From Bacteroidales bacterium (GTDB taxonomy: Bacteria; Bacteroidota; Bacteroidia; Bacteroidales; UBA3824), in assembly GCA_017535325.1 (NCBI GenBank), contig JAFXUC010000133.1:33377-97376 (forward strand): a DNA stretch of 64,000 nt, in the 5' to 3' direction. Below are positions 19,777 to 28,680 of the stretch, piece after piece (positions within the stretch are counted from its first letter, which is position 1; each line of letters opens with the position of its first letter). The notes beneath the pieces were generated by a model that saw nothing but the letters and a program-made list of their open reading frames with translations, had not been told where the DNA came from and did not search any database. The position numbers were made by a program, and so were the translations under genes.

Positions 19777-19785
19777 GAAAATTTA

Positions 19786-19830
19786 ATTTATGCGGCGGAT
19801 AAAACATTTTGCCGCATAAATTAATTTTTG
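19786..19830 (+). terminator. Terminator hairpin after the His-rich lipoprotein gene
   Basis: ATTTATGCGGC (19786-19796) pairs with GCCGCATAAAT (19811-19821), followed by TTAATTTTT. Confidence 0.65.
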
Positions 19831-19838
19831 TAATTTTG
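19831..19838 (+). promoter_or_regulatory. -7 box TAATTTTG
   Basis: TAnnTTTG, 29 nt upstream of the accA ATG. Confidence 0.45.
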
Positions 19839-19867
19839 TCCCCGAAATAAATTAAAATTGTAGAAAT

Positions 19868-20818
19868 ATGCAATTACTTGAATTTGAACAGCCGATACAA
19901 GACCTTCAAGAGCAACTTTTGAAGGCGGAAGAGATAAAAAAAGCGGGTTCGGTGGACATCGACCTTACAATCAGCGAGTTGAAGGAAAAAATCGTTAAAA
20001 CCCGCAGGGAAATTTACGAAAACCTTACTCCCTGGCAGAGGGTTCAGGTGTCAAGACATCCCGAAAGACCGTACACTCTCGGTTATATCCGCAATATCTG
20101 CGACGAGTTTATCGAACTTCACGGCGACAGAAATATCAAAGACGATACCGCAATGGTAGGCGGCTGGGGTACTGTTGACGGCCGTCCGATTATGTTTGTC
20201 GGTCAGCAGAAAGGCGAAAACACAAAACTCCGTCAGTACAGAAACTTCGGTATGGCAAATCCTGAGGGTTACCGCAAAGCCCTCCGTCTTATGCGCATGG
20301 CTGAAAAATTCGGCAAACCCGTTGTAACTTTTATCGACACTCCGGGCGCATATCCCGGCTCTGAGGCGGAAGAACGCGGTCAGGCTGAGGCTATTGCAAG
20401 AAACATCTACGAAATGTTCAGAATAAAAGTGCCGATTATTTGTATCGTTATCGGCGAAGGCGCGTCGGGCGGCGCAATCGGAATCGGCGTCGGCGACAGA
20501 GTCTTTATGCTGGCAAACACCTGGTATTCGGTTATCGCTCCGGAGAGTTGTTCAAGCATTTTGTGGAGAAGTTGGGACTTTAAACGCGAAGCGGCTGCCG
20601 CTTTGAAACTTACTTCAACCGACATGCTCAGCAACAAACTCATTGACGGCGTTATAAAAGAACCGGACGGCGGTGCGCACAGCAATCCGCAAGAAATGTA
20701 TGCAACCGTCAAGCAAGCCATTCTTTCAACTCTTGACGAATTGGAAAAAACAGACATCAACGAATTGCTGAACAAGCGTTTGGAGAAATTCTGCGCAATG
20801 GGAGTTTATCAGGAATAA
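19868..20818 (+). CDS. accA: Acetyl-CoA carboxylase carboxyltransferase alpha subunit
   Basis: 316 aa. [12 protein letters not shown] and [10 protein letters not shown] motifs. Confidence 0.95.
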   Translation: MQLLEFEQPIQDLQEQLLKAEEIKKAGSVDIDLTISELKEKIVKTRREIYENLTPWQRVQVSRHPERPYTLGYIRNICDEFIELHGDRNIKDDTAMVGGWGTVDGRPIMFVGQQKGENTKLRQYRNFGMANPEGYRKALRLMRMAEKFGKPVVTFIDTPGAYPGSEAEERGQAEAIARNIYEMFRIKVPIICIVIGEGASGGAIGIGVGDRVFMLANTWYSVIAPESCSSILWRSWDFKREAAAALKLTSTDMLSNKLIDGVIKEPDGGAHSNPQEMYATVKQAILSTLDELEKTDINELLNKRLEKFCAMGVYQE

Positions 20819-20835
20819 AAAAACAGGGAAAAACA

Positions 20836-22389
20836 ATGCCGGCTTTAACAACTAATTCTAAAAACGCTTCTTCAAACAAGAAGAAAGAGTTTGTTATGCA
20901 CGTCAACGACCAGTACGGACGGATACCGCCTCACGATTTGGAGTTGGAGGAGGTGGTGCTCGGCGCGATAATGGTTGAACAGGGTGCAGAGATTGACGTT
21001 TTGAATATTTTGAGCGCGGACAGTTTTTATACCGATTCGCACAAAAAAATTTACGAGGCTATTTTGCAGTTGTCGTCGGCACAGCAGCCGATTGACTTGT
21101 ACACCGTCATAGAGCAACTTTCCAAAAACGGAACGCTTGAAGATGTCGGCGGCGCGTATTATATTGCCTCGCTTACCGAAAAAGTCGGCTCGGCGGCGCA
21201 TTTGGAGTTCCATTCAAGAATACTTCAACAGAAATACATTCAGAGGCAACTTATAAAAATCGCCACCGAAATCGAAGACAAATCTTACGATCCCACGACA
21301 GACGTTGATGACATTTTGTCATTTTCAGAAAAATCCATTTTCGATTTGGCTAACGGCAACATAAAAACGCAGACCAAATCCATGGACGAGGTTTTGGTGG
21401 AGTCGCTCAAACAGATTGAGGAGGCGGGCAAACGTGAAGACGGTCTCTCCGGCGTGCCTTCGGGCTTTACCTCTTTGGACAAGATAACGCAGGGCTGGCA
21501 AAATTCTGACATGGTGGTAGTTGCGGCGCGTCCGGCTATGGGAAAAACCGCTTTTATTCTTTCCATGGCGAGGAATATGACGGTAAACTTCAAAATCCCC
21601 GTTTTGATATTTTCTCTGGAAATGTCGGCGGTTCAGTTGGTCAACCGTCTTATAATCAGCGAATCGCAACTTTCGTCAGAAAAAATCCGCACCGGCAAAC
21701 TCGAAGACCACGAATGGATGCAACTTGACGCGAAAATCAAAAACCTTCAAAACGCGCCTTTGTATATAGACGATACGGCGGCGATTTCGCTTTTTGAACT
21801 GCGTTCAAAATGTATCCGTCTGAAAATGCAGCACAATATCGGCATGGTGATGATTGACTATTTGCAGTTGATGTCAGGACCGCCGGAGGTAAGGGGCAAC
21901 CGTGAGCAGGAAGTCTCTACAATTTCGCGCGGTATCAAGCAGTTGGCAAAAGAACTTAACGTCCCGATAATCGCCTTGTCTCAGTTGAGCCGTAGTACGG
22001 TTTCGCGCGGCGGCGACATGCGCCCTCAACTTAACGACCTCCGTGATTCGGGAGCAATTGAGCAGGACGCGGATATTGTTTGTTTTATTCACCGTCCGGA
22101 ATATTATGGTATTCAGCAGGATGCGGAAGGTAATTCAACAATGGGTTTAGGTCAGGTGATAATCGCAAAGCACAGAAACGGCGCAACGTGCGATGTTAAT
22201 TTGAGGTTCAGGGCAGAGTTTGCAAGATTTGAAGAATGGGATTCGATGGGACTTTCAGACGGTATTCCGCCTTTGGACGAGTCAGGAAATATGACAATCG
22301 GTTCGTCGATGAACAATAACGACGGTTTCAGCGCGTTAGGCGGAGGTTTGCAGGCACCGCCGCCTTCAACAGAGGAGGCTCCGTTTTAA
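20836..22389 (+). CDS. dnaB: Replicative DNA helicase DnaB
   Basis: DnaB N-terminal domain (PPHDLELEEVVLGAIM), Walker A ARPAMGKTAF, and SLEMS. An alternative ATG at 20896 is possible. Confidence 0.95.
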   Translation: MPALTTNSKNASSNKKKEFVMHVNDQYGRIPPHDLELEEVVLGAIMVEQGAEIDVLNILSADSFYTDSHKKIYEAILQLSSAQQPIDLYTVIEQLSKNGTLEDVGGAYYIASLTEKVGSAAHLEFHSRILQQKYIQRQLIKIATEIEDKSYDPTTDVDDILSFSEKSIFDLANGNIKTQTKSMDEVLVESLKQIEEAGKREDGLSGVPSGFTSLDKITQGWQNSDMVVVAARPAMGKTAFILSMARNMTVNFKIPVLIFSLEMSAVQLVNRLIISESQLSSEKIRTGKLEDHEWMQLDAKIKNLQNAPLYIDDTAAISLFELRSKCIRLKMQHNIGMVMIDYLQLMSGPPEVRGNREQEVSTISRGIKQLAKELNVPIIALSQLSRSTVSRGGDMRPQLNDLRDSGAIEQDADIVCFIHRPEYYGIQQDAEGNSTMGLGQVIIAKHRNGATCDVNLRFRAEFARFEEWDSMGLSDGIPPLDESGNMTIGSSMNNNDGFSALGGGLQAPPPSTEEAPF

Positions 22390-22402
22390 AAATAAAAGAA
22401 AT

Positions 22403-22438
22403 AAAAAAAAGGGCGGAAACGAATCCGTCCTTTTTTTT
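22403..22438. terminator. Bidirectional terminator (A8-stem-loop-T8)
   Basis: GGGCGGA-aacgaa-TCCGTCC (one G-U pair) flanked by A8 and T8. It lies between dnaB (+) and a small minus-strand ORF. Confidence 0.75.
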
Positions 22439-22460
22439 ACATTAAAGTCAAACAATACTG

Positions 22461-22592
22461 CTATTTACCTTTTTTCTCTTTCAATTCATCTGCCTGTGCC
22501 GTTGACTGCTCTTTTTGCTGATAAGCGGCAAGGTGTTTGTGATGTTTTTCAGTGTGTTGTTTAGGTTTAAGCACTTTTCCGATTTTTCCCAT
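22461..22592 (-). CDS. Small basic Lys/His-rich protein (43 aa), unknown function
   Basis: Own translation: MGKIGKVLKPKQHTEKHHKHLAAYQQKEQSTAQADELKEKKGK. A strong GGAGA lies 9 nt upstream of the ATG. Bounded by a terminator. Too short for the ORF track. Confidence 0.4.
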   Translation of the reverse strand: MGKIGKVLKPKQHTEKHHKHLAAYQQKEQSTAQADELKEKKGK

Positions 22593-22809
22593 GATTTTAA
22601 TCTCCTATAATTTTTAAAAGTTAAACATTTAAATTTATTTTTCGGAGTAGGGTTCGGTAATTATTGCCGGACTGCTCTGTTCGTTAAAGATTATTCCAAA
22701 TAGCGTGCCAAAGGCTTTAAAGCGGACATATTGGCGTATTTTTCTGTCAAAGTTGCAGACTGACATTTTGGCATTACGAAATATATTTTTTAAAATTGCA
22801 AATTTGTTT

Positions 22810-22817
22810 TATTTTTG
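22810..22817 (+). promoter_or_regulatory. -7 box TATTTTTG
   Basis: TAnnTTTG, 28 nt upstream of the ATG at 22846. Confidence 0.4.
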
Positions 22818-22845
22818 CAGGTTGTATAAAAAAACACAGTCAGAG

Positions 22846-24102
22846 ATGTACAAATTGTTGTTAACCATATTGTTGTTTATGATTTGGAATACAGGATTTG
22901 CCTTGAAAATTCTTATTCCCATGGACGAGACACAGACTAATCATTTGAAGGCTTACGGTATTGCATACGCCGTTTTGGAAAGGGGAGGTACTGCCGAGTG
23001 GCTTTTGAATTACCGGGGCGGAAGTTTTTTGACGGACTTTTCGCAGGACATTGCCAATATGTGCCGGTTAAGAAACGTCCGTTTTGAACAGATTGCCGAT
23101 GCCGCAGCCGATAACATTCTCTCAGAAATTTCGCGCAACGATGTCAATATGGAGCAGATAAAATTGGAGAAAGCCCCGAAGATTGCCGTTTACGCCCCGA
23201 AAACCTACAAGCCTTGGGACGATGCCGTAATGCTTGTTTTAACATACGCCGAAATTCCCTACACCGTAGTTTACGATGAGGAAATCTTAACCGGCGAACT
23301 TTCAAAATACGACTGGCTGCATGTTCATCACGAAGACTTTACGGGACAGTTCGGAAAGTTTTACGCCATGTACAAAAACGCTCCTTGGTACAAAAATCAG
23401 GTTGCGGAGTTCAACGCATTGGCTCAAAAAATGGGCTATTCAAAAGTTTCTGAATTGAAACTCGCCGTCGCAAAAACCATGAAAGCCTTTGTCGGAAACG
23501 GCGGTTTTATGTTTGCTATGTGTTCGGCAACCGACAGTTTTGACATTGCGCTTGCCGCCGAGGGTGTTGATATATGTCAGCCGATGTTTGACGGCGACGG
23601 TATAGACCCCGACTGTCAGGAAAAATTGGACTTTTCTAAAACGTTTGCTTTCAAGGACTTTACGCTTGAACTCAATCCTAACGTTTATGAATATTCCGAC
23701 ATTGACGCCACGAGGACACGACATGTTACTCAGGACAACGATATTTTTACTTTGTTTGACTTTTCGGCGAAATGGGATCCCGTGCCGACGATGCTCTGTC
23801 AAAACCATGTTTCAGTGATTGACGGTTTTATGGGGCAGACAACGGCATACAACAAAAAAGTCTTGAAATCATCGGTTTTGATAATGGGTGAAAACAAGGC
23901 TGCAAACGAGGCGCGTTACATTCACGGCGAATACGAAAAAGGCACTTGGACATGGTACGCGGGACACGACCCGGAGGATTATACCCACTATGTCGGCGAC
24001 GAGCCTACAAATCTTGACCTTCACCCGAACTCGCCGGGTTTCAGGCTGATTCTAAACAATGTGCTGTTCCCGGCAGCCAAGAAAAAGAAGATGAAGACTT
24101 AA
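22846..24102 (+). CDS. Conserved secreted protein, possibly class-I glutamine-amidotransferase-like fold (homologues are often auto-annotated as asparagine synthetase B)
   Basis: Signal peptide MYKLLLTILLFMIWNTGFA and a nucleophile-elbow-like GGFMFAMCSATD. The ATG at 22846 is preferred over the upstream extension. Confidence 0.55.
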   Translation: MYKLLLTILLFMIWNTGFALKILIPMDETQTNHLKAYGIAYAVLERGGTAEWLLNYRGGSFLTDFSQDIANMCRLRNVRFEQIADAAADNILSEISRNDVNMEQIKLEKAPKIAVYAPKTYKPWDDAVMLVLTYAEIPYTVVYDEEILTGELSKYDWLHVHHEDFTGQFGKFYAMYKNAPWYKNQVAEFNALAQKMGYSKVSELKLAVAKTMKAFVGNGGFMFAMCSATDSFDIALAAEGVDICQPMFDGDGIDPDCQEKLDFSKTFAFKDFTLELNPNVYEYSDIDATRTRHVTQDNDIFTLFDFSAKWDPVPTMLCQNHVSVIDGFMGQTTAYNKKVLKSSVLIMGENKAANEARYIHGEYEKGTWTWYAGHDPEDYTHYVGDEPTNLDLHPNSPGFRLILNNVLFPAAKKKKMKT

Positions 24103-25129
24103 ACAAATCTAAAATTTGTTCACGGCTTTCAAAACGGACTTTTGTTAATTTATTGCCTTTGAAGTAAATTAACAGTCCGTTTTTTTCTATCGTGTCAAGA
24201 TGCGTTAAGAAAATCTTGAAATTTACGTTTTTATATTTTTTCAGCCCGTGCCTTTCTATTGCCGAGTTCAAAAGGTCAAAATCAAAAACACCCGTCTTGA
24301 AATCCCCTTGAAAACCGTTGTAAACATTGCTTTCGCTTTCGTCTTGAAGATTGTAATTTTCAATTTGCTTGGGTGTGTAACCGTTGCCGTGCCGTGTTAA
24401 ATACGTCCGCATTACAAGATAAACTTCCGCGCCGCTTAATTCTTCTTCGCTAAAAGACTGCAACCCCGTATTCGTTGCCGTTACATAAGGCAGAAACCCT
24501 AAGTCCGCATCAAGCAAAAGTCCCTGCGTTCCCTCGTAAATTATCGTGTCATAATCGTTGATTTTGATTTCTGACTGCAACTTTTTTACCGTTTCAAACG
24601 CTGAAAGGAACAGTTTATCAAACTCTGTGCAATGCGTTGTGTTGTAATATTTTACTGCTGAGTCAAGTATTTCTTCGGGATTGTCGTCAAGAGAAAAACA
24701 TTTTTCAGAATTTGAGCGAACCAACGCCGCATAAACGCCTTTTCCGCACGTGCCGTCGCTTAACGTTTTTTTGTCGCTCCGGCAAAACTCGACGTCGTAA
24801 GGAGTGATAATTTTTGCCGCTGAAACGTTGAACTTTGGTGTTATGCCTTTGAAAGTCAAAACGTTATATTCGTTGACAATACAAACCGGATCGATAAGGG
24901 CGGTATTTTTATAAAGTGTCGGCACATTCAACAATGTTCCCGAACCAAACGATGAAAAAATATGCCTGAGACCGTTAAAATCAACAGTATGCGCCGCCTG
25001 CGGTCCGCCTGAAAAACGGACAACCAAAGGGCGTTTGCCCTCTTCAACCGCTTTTTTGCAAAGCGTGTGAACGCAAACGCCCTTTCCTTCGTCGCCGAAC
25101 AATGCTCCAAGAACGATTTTCTTTTCCAT
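24041..25129 (-). CDS. Divergent adenylosuccinate-synthetase-family protein (PurA/PurZ-like), possibly 3'-truncated
   Basis: 362 aa. GDEGKG P-loop, GGPQAAHT, YEGTQGLLLDADLGFLPYVTATNT and TRHGNG blocks align to PurA. TKLD is THLD here and there is no STGP-type C-terminal motif. The last 20 codons overlap the convergent neighbour's coding sequence. Confidence 0.65.
   Translation of the reverse strand: MEKKIVLGALFGDEGKGVCVHTLCKKAVEEGKRPLVVRFSGGPQAAHTVDFNGLRHIFSSFGSGTLLNVPTLYKNTALIDPVCIVNEYNVLTFKGITPKFNVSAAKIITPYDVEFCRSDKKTLSDGTCGKGVYAALVRSNSEKCFSLDDNPEEILDSAVKYYNTTHCTEFDKLFLSAFETVKKLQSEIKINDYDTIIYEGTQGLLLDADLGFLPYVTATNTGLQSFSEEELSGAEVYLVMRTYLTRHGNGYTPKQIENYNLQDESESNVYNGFQGDFKTGVFDFDLLNSAIERHGLKKYKNVNFKIFLTHLDTIEKNGLLIYFKGNKLTKVRFESREQILDLFKSSSSFSWLPGTAHCLESA
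24101..24119 (+). terminator. Small hairpin at the stop of the 22846-24102 gene
   Basis: AACAAAT-ctaaa-ATTTGTT. It lies inside the 3' end of the opposing PurA-like ORF. Confidence 0.35.
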
Positions 25130-25270
25130 AATGTCAGCAAAATTAATAATAGAAATCTGTTTTTCAAATATTTTTTTTCTAAATTTGCGTTTGCTAATTG
25201 ACTCTTATTATGGAAGACAAAGACATACGGCAAAACCTCATAATCCAAACCAAGTTTTGGAACGCAATTT

Positions 25271-27211
25271 TTATAATGCGATTTCCTCGATCATTTTAGC
25301 ACTTTCGTTGCGCAACGCAAATGATTTTTGCATCTGAGAGCCTATATGCGAAATAACACTTTCTTCCGGAAGATAAACAAGTATATTTTGTAAATCGTTG
25401 TCAGAAACGTTGGGAATCGCTGCGCCGGTACGGTACATCATCATCTGTTTCAAAAACATATCTGTTTTAAAGAAGTAAAGCAGATAAAATCCGTTAATTT
25501 TGGGATTGCGCAAAACTCTGAAACCGTTGGTACATATTGCACCGTCATAATCTTTTCCTACAAATGCGGTTGCGTGTTTATGAGTCCCTACCGAATTGCC
25601 GGCTATGGCCGTAACTATGTCATTTTCTTTGAGTTCGTATGACGCACGGCTCGGAAGTTCGTGGACTGTGTATTCCGTGGAATTGATTATTTCAAACGAG
25701 TGAGTGTTAATATCAGACAACTCAACGTATTGAACTACTGAATTTTTGTTTTTTAGTTTTAGACTTTTTTGCTTCACAATATCCACAATTTCACCTAAAC
25801 GGACGGAATGGTGTGCAAGACGGTTAAGAATGTTTCGGTTTCCTGGTGAATAAAAATCATAGTCAAAACGCCCGTTAAGTTCGTTGTAATCAAGCGAAAA
25901 TGAATTATCTGTGTTAATATTTTTATTCGTGTTAAAGTTTTGATAATCAGATAATACCGTAGAGAAATCCTCGTCAGTAACAGGCTGTCCGTTTTCAGTT
26001 ACAATTATTCCAAAACCGTCTTTTTTGTAAACAGGTGTTCCGTTTTTGTTTCCCTGATAACCGATTTTTTTTACTTTTGAGAAAAAAACAGGATATTGTT
26101 TTTCTATATTTGGCGTATCTTTCTGTAAAAACAACAGCGAAGTTTTTACGCCGGTTCCGTAAGGAATGAAAGTTTCCTGAGGAAGATTTACAACCGCCAA
26201 AATCTTAGTTTTCAATTTGATATAATAGCGCAGATATTCAAGAGACGGATTTTCAAAATGACCGTTAGGCAAAACGATTCCCATTCTTCCGCCCTCTTTC
26301 AAAAGTTGCAGGCAACGTTCAATAAACAAAATTTCAGCGGGCTGTCCGTTGGACAGTGCATTTGTTTTTAAGTAATCTCCGCCGTTTTTTAACCATTTAA
26401 AACCCAAATCAAAGGATTTTAAAATGTCTGTGTCTGTAATTTTTCCTGTTGCACCGAAAGGCGGATTAGTTAAAACAATGTCAAAACCTCCGTGTTCAAC
26501 AATTTGCTTTTCAAAGAGATTCCGTAATGTACTAAAATTACTCAGTGAATTAGCACAAAAAATGTTTGTCCTCACATTTTCCTCCAAAAGGAATTTCATT
26601 TTGGAGATTTTTGCAATGTCGCGGTTTATATCAGTTCCGAAAATTTGATTGGAAATAATCTCTTTTTTTTCGATTTTTTTGCTGAGATGTTTAAATGTCG
26701 AAAACAAAAAACCGCCGCTGCCGCAACACGGATCAATAACGGTTTCGCCAAATTTTGGATTAATCATTTTGACACAAAAATCAACAACAGGTGAAGGCGT
26801 AAAAAACTGACCGTTCCCGTCTTTTTCCTTGTGCGAGAGAAATTTTTGAAACGCCAAACCGCCAACATCTCCTGACGAATTTTGCAACGAAATGTCTTTT
26901 AATTTCTTAACTATAAATTCAAGAGAGTTTTTCGAGAGTTTTATTCTGTCGTCTCCGTCAAAAATATCGTTGTACTCTTGCTTGATTTTGTCAAAAACTG
27001 CATTAATTTTTTCAATATTTGAATCCGAAAAATTTTCAAACAAACGGGCTTTGTTGTTCTCGTCGTAAAGTTTTACGAAAAGAATATTCACAAACTCGTT
27101 CAATGTCTGATGAGCAGACAATCCGTCGTTGGCATAAATATAATCATGAATTTCTTCAAACCGTTTTAATAAATTGTCTTCTCTTATCAATTCTGTTTCA
27201 AATAATTGCAT
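25271..27211 (-). CDS. N6-adenine DNA methyltransferase (gamma class) fused to a single HsdS-like target-recognition domain
   Basis: Motif I VIDPCCGSGGFL precedes motif IV NPPFG. The C-terminal ~180 aa resembles one type-I S-subunit TRD. The ATG at 27211 is preferred over the TTG at 27235. Confidence 0.85.
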   Translation of the reverse strand: MQLFETELIREDNLLKRFEEIHDYIYANDGLSAHQTLNEFVNILFVKLYDENNKARLFENFSDSNIEKINAVFDKIKQEYNDIFDGDDRIKLSKNSLEFIVKKLKDISLQNSSGDVGGLAFQKFLSHKEKDGNGQFFTPSPVVDFCVKMINPKFGETVIDPCCGSGGFLFSTFKHLSKKIEKKEIISNQIFGTDINRDIAKISKMKFLLEENVRTNIFCANSLSNFSTLRNLFEKQIVEHGGFDIVLTNPPFGATGKITDTDILKSFDLGFKWLKNGGDYLKTNALSNGQPAEILFIERCLQLLKEGGRMGIVLPNGHFENPSLEYLRYYIKLKTKILAVVNLPQETFIPYGTGVKTSLLFLQKDTPNIEKQYPVFFSKVKKIGYQGNKNGTPVYKKDGFGIIVTENGQPVTDEDFSTVLSDYQNFNTNKNINTDNSFSLDYNELNGRFDYDFYSPGNRNILNRLAHHSVRLGEIVDIVKQKSLKLKNKNSVVQYVELSDINTHSFEIINSTEYTVHELPSRASYELKENDIVTAIAGNSVGTHKHATAFVGKDYDGAICTNGFRVLRNPKINGFYLLYFFKTDMFLKQMMMYRTGAAIPNVSDNDLQNILVYLPEESVISHIGSQMQKSFALRNESAKMIEEIAL

Positions 27212-27266
27212 TTTCCTGTCGTTTTTATGCCGCAAAGTTAATTATTTTTTTGTTTTGAAACAAAAT

Positions 27267-28214
27267 TTATCTGTAATCCAACTGAGACAAATCCAATTTT
27301 CTTGGTTTGGGTTTCGTTTCATTAATGCAAGCGTTCAAATCGTCATACCATGGCTTTAACAGTTTGTGTCTTTGAAAATTATCTTTTTCTGTAAGAACGT
27401 CAATTGTATAATTTTGCTGTAAATGATTAGGTGCTTTTGCTTGATGATTAAGGTTTTGACTATTAACAAATACAAATTCATGTTTACCGGTACGAAGAAA
27501 CAAATCCAAGCACAAAATGTTAAATTCTGAAACCAAAGGACCTGTGCTTTTTATACCCAAATTGTCAATTCTTGACGACGGCATGTGCGTTTGAATCAGA
27601 CGTACAGGTGCTTTCAAATCCCAAAACGCATCTTCTGTGAACAATTCGTCATCAAAATTGTCAAGCCATGTTTTGATTGACTTTTCTGATTTGAAAACTT
27701 TGGTTAAATCAGGTATTCCTGCACCAGGATTTTCTTTACTCCATTTGAATGCCGGAAAACGTTTCCCATTATGCTTTTCTGCCCATTCTGTTTTGGACTT
27801 TATATAATTCTTAATTCCTGATTCATAAATGCTTTCAATATGTGCAGTACGGTCAACGGAATATTTTTTCAATAAATTGAGGCATGAATTTTTGTTAGTA
27901 AGGTTCGCGCGTTTTTCAGCATTAGATTTGACGTTTTTACATTCCACAACAAACCATTCGTCTTTTTCATTTCCGTGTTTACGGATATAAAAATCACCCC
28001 TCGCATCATCGCTTTTGGCATTGTAACCGCCATCAGGCTTTTCTTTGATTCTGCGAACCTCAAAGCCGTTTTCTTCGGCGTATTTTTTGAAAAGTTGTTC
28101 CCCGAGTGCGCCGAAAAGGTAGCCTTCCGCACCCGGACTTGTTTTCAGAATTTCCAAAAACAAATCTTCATCAATTCCGAACTTTTGTTTTATAAAATTA
28201 TGTAAGTTGTTCAT
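27267..28214 (-). CDS. Putative type II restriction endonuclease (PD-(D/E)XK)
   Basis: GDFYI...WFVVECKNVK gives a D...ExK signature. It sits between the C and M genes. The ATG at 28214 overlaps the end of the C gene. Confidence 0.6.
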   Translation of the reverse strand: MNNLHNFIKQKFGIDEDLFLEILKTSPGAEGYLFGALGEQLFKKYAEENGFEVRRIKEKPDGGYNAKSDDARGDFYIRKHGNEKDEWFVVECKNVKSNAEKRANLTNKNSCLNLLKKYSVDRTAHIESIYESGIKNYIKSKTEWAEKHNGKRFPAFKWSKENPGAGIPDLTKVFKSEKSIKTWLDNFDDELFTEDAFWDLKAPVRLIQTHMPSSRIDNLGIKSTGPLVSEFNILCLDLFLRTGKHEFVFVNSQNLNHQAKAPNHLQQNYTIDVLTEKDNFQRHKLLKPWYDDLNACINETKPKPRKLDLSQLDYR

Positions 28215-28425
28215 CTTCAATTTGTTTAAAAATTTCACTAATTTGTATACCAAAATAATCCGCAATTTTTTCAATCATTTGCAGAGAAATATTTCTTGAA
28301 CCATTTTCTATATCGCCGATATATGTTCGGTCAATACCGGCATCAAGAGCAAATTTTTCTTGTGAAACATGCTTTTGCCGTCTTAATTTGCGAATTACTA
28401 ATCCGAATTTTTCTTGAATTTCCAT
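28198..28425 (-). CDS. HTH (XRE-family) controller C protein of the R-M operon
   Basis: 75 aa. LRRQKHVSQEKFALDAGIDRTYIGDIENGSRNISL is a typical C-protein HTH. It overlaps the R gene start by 17 nt. Confidence 0.8.
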   Translation of the reverse strand: MEIQEKFGLVIRKLRRQKHVSQEKFALDAGIDRTYIGDIENGSRNISLQMIEKIADYFGIQISEIFKQIEDEQLT

Positions 28426-28450
28426 ATTACAAAGTTTTATTAATGTGGTT

Positions 28451-28469
28451 TATTGTACAACGGACAATA
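28451..28469. promoter_or_regulatory. Candidate C-box operator TATTGT-N7-ACAATA
   Basis: Inverted repeat 26-44 nt upstream of the C ATG. A near-consensus -7 box (AAACTTTG on the minus strand) ends about 5 nt from the ATG. Confidence 0.35.
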
Positions 28470-28518
28470 GTCCTCATTTTTATAAGTTTTTATTTGATAA
28501 AATGCAGGCGATGTCTAA

Positions 28519-28674
28519 CTTGCCGACCTTTACGGCGAAAATCTCGGACTGCTGTTCACCGACCTTGACACAGCGCACAAAGAATTAGACGCCATAGTCT
28601 TGGGCTTGTACGGTCTGAAACCCGATGCCACCGAAGCAGAAATGGTCGGAAAATTGTTTGAGATGATAGGGTAA
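28519..28674 (+). pseudogene. C-terminal remnant of an MmeI/PglX-like DNA methyltransferase (no start, 51 codons)
   Basis: Own translation: LADLYGENLGLLFTDLDTAHKELDAIVLGLYGLKPDATEAEMVGKLFEMIG*. As I recall, it resembles the conserved ..AH..LD.AV...YG... tail of type IIG/IIL methyltransferases. An in-frame stop lies immediately upstream at 28516. Confidence 0.5.
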
Positions 28675-28680
28675 AAAAAA

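Noticed and set aside
24041-25129. Calling the PurA-like ORF the housekeeping adenylosuccinate synthetase purA.
   Set aside because: It is about 60-70 aa shorter than bacterial PurA, lacks the TTGRRRR and STGP-type motifs, has an altered TKLD, and sits in an accessory island with a compromised 3' end.
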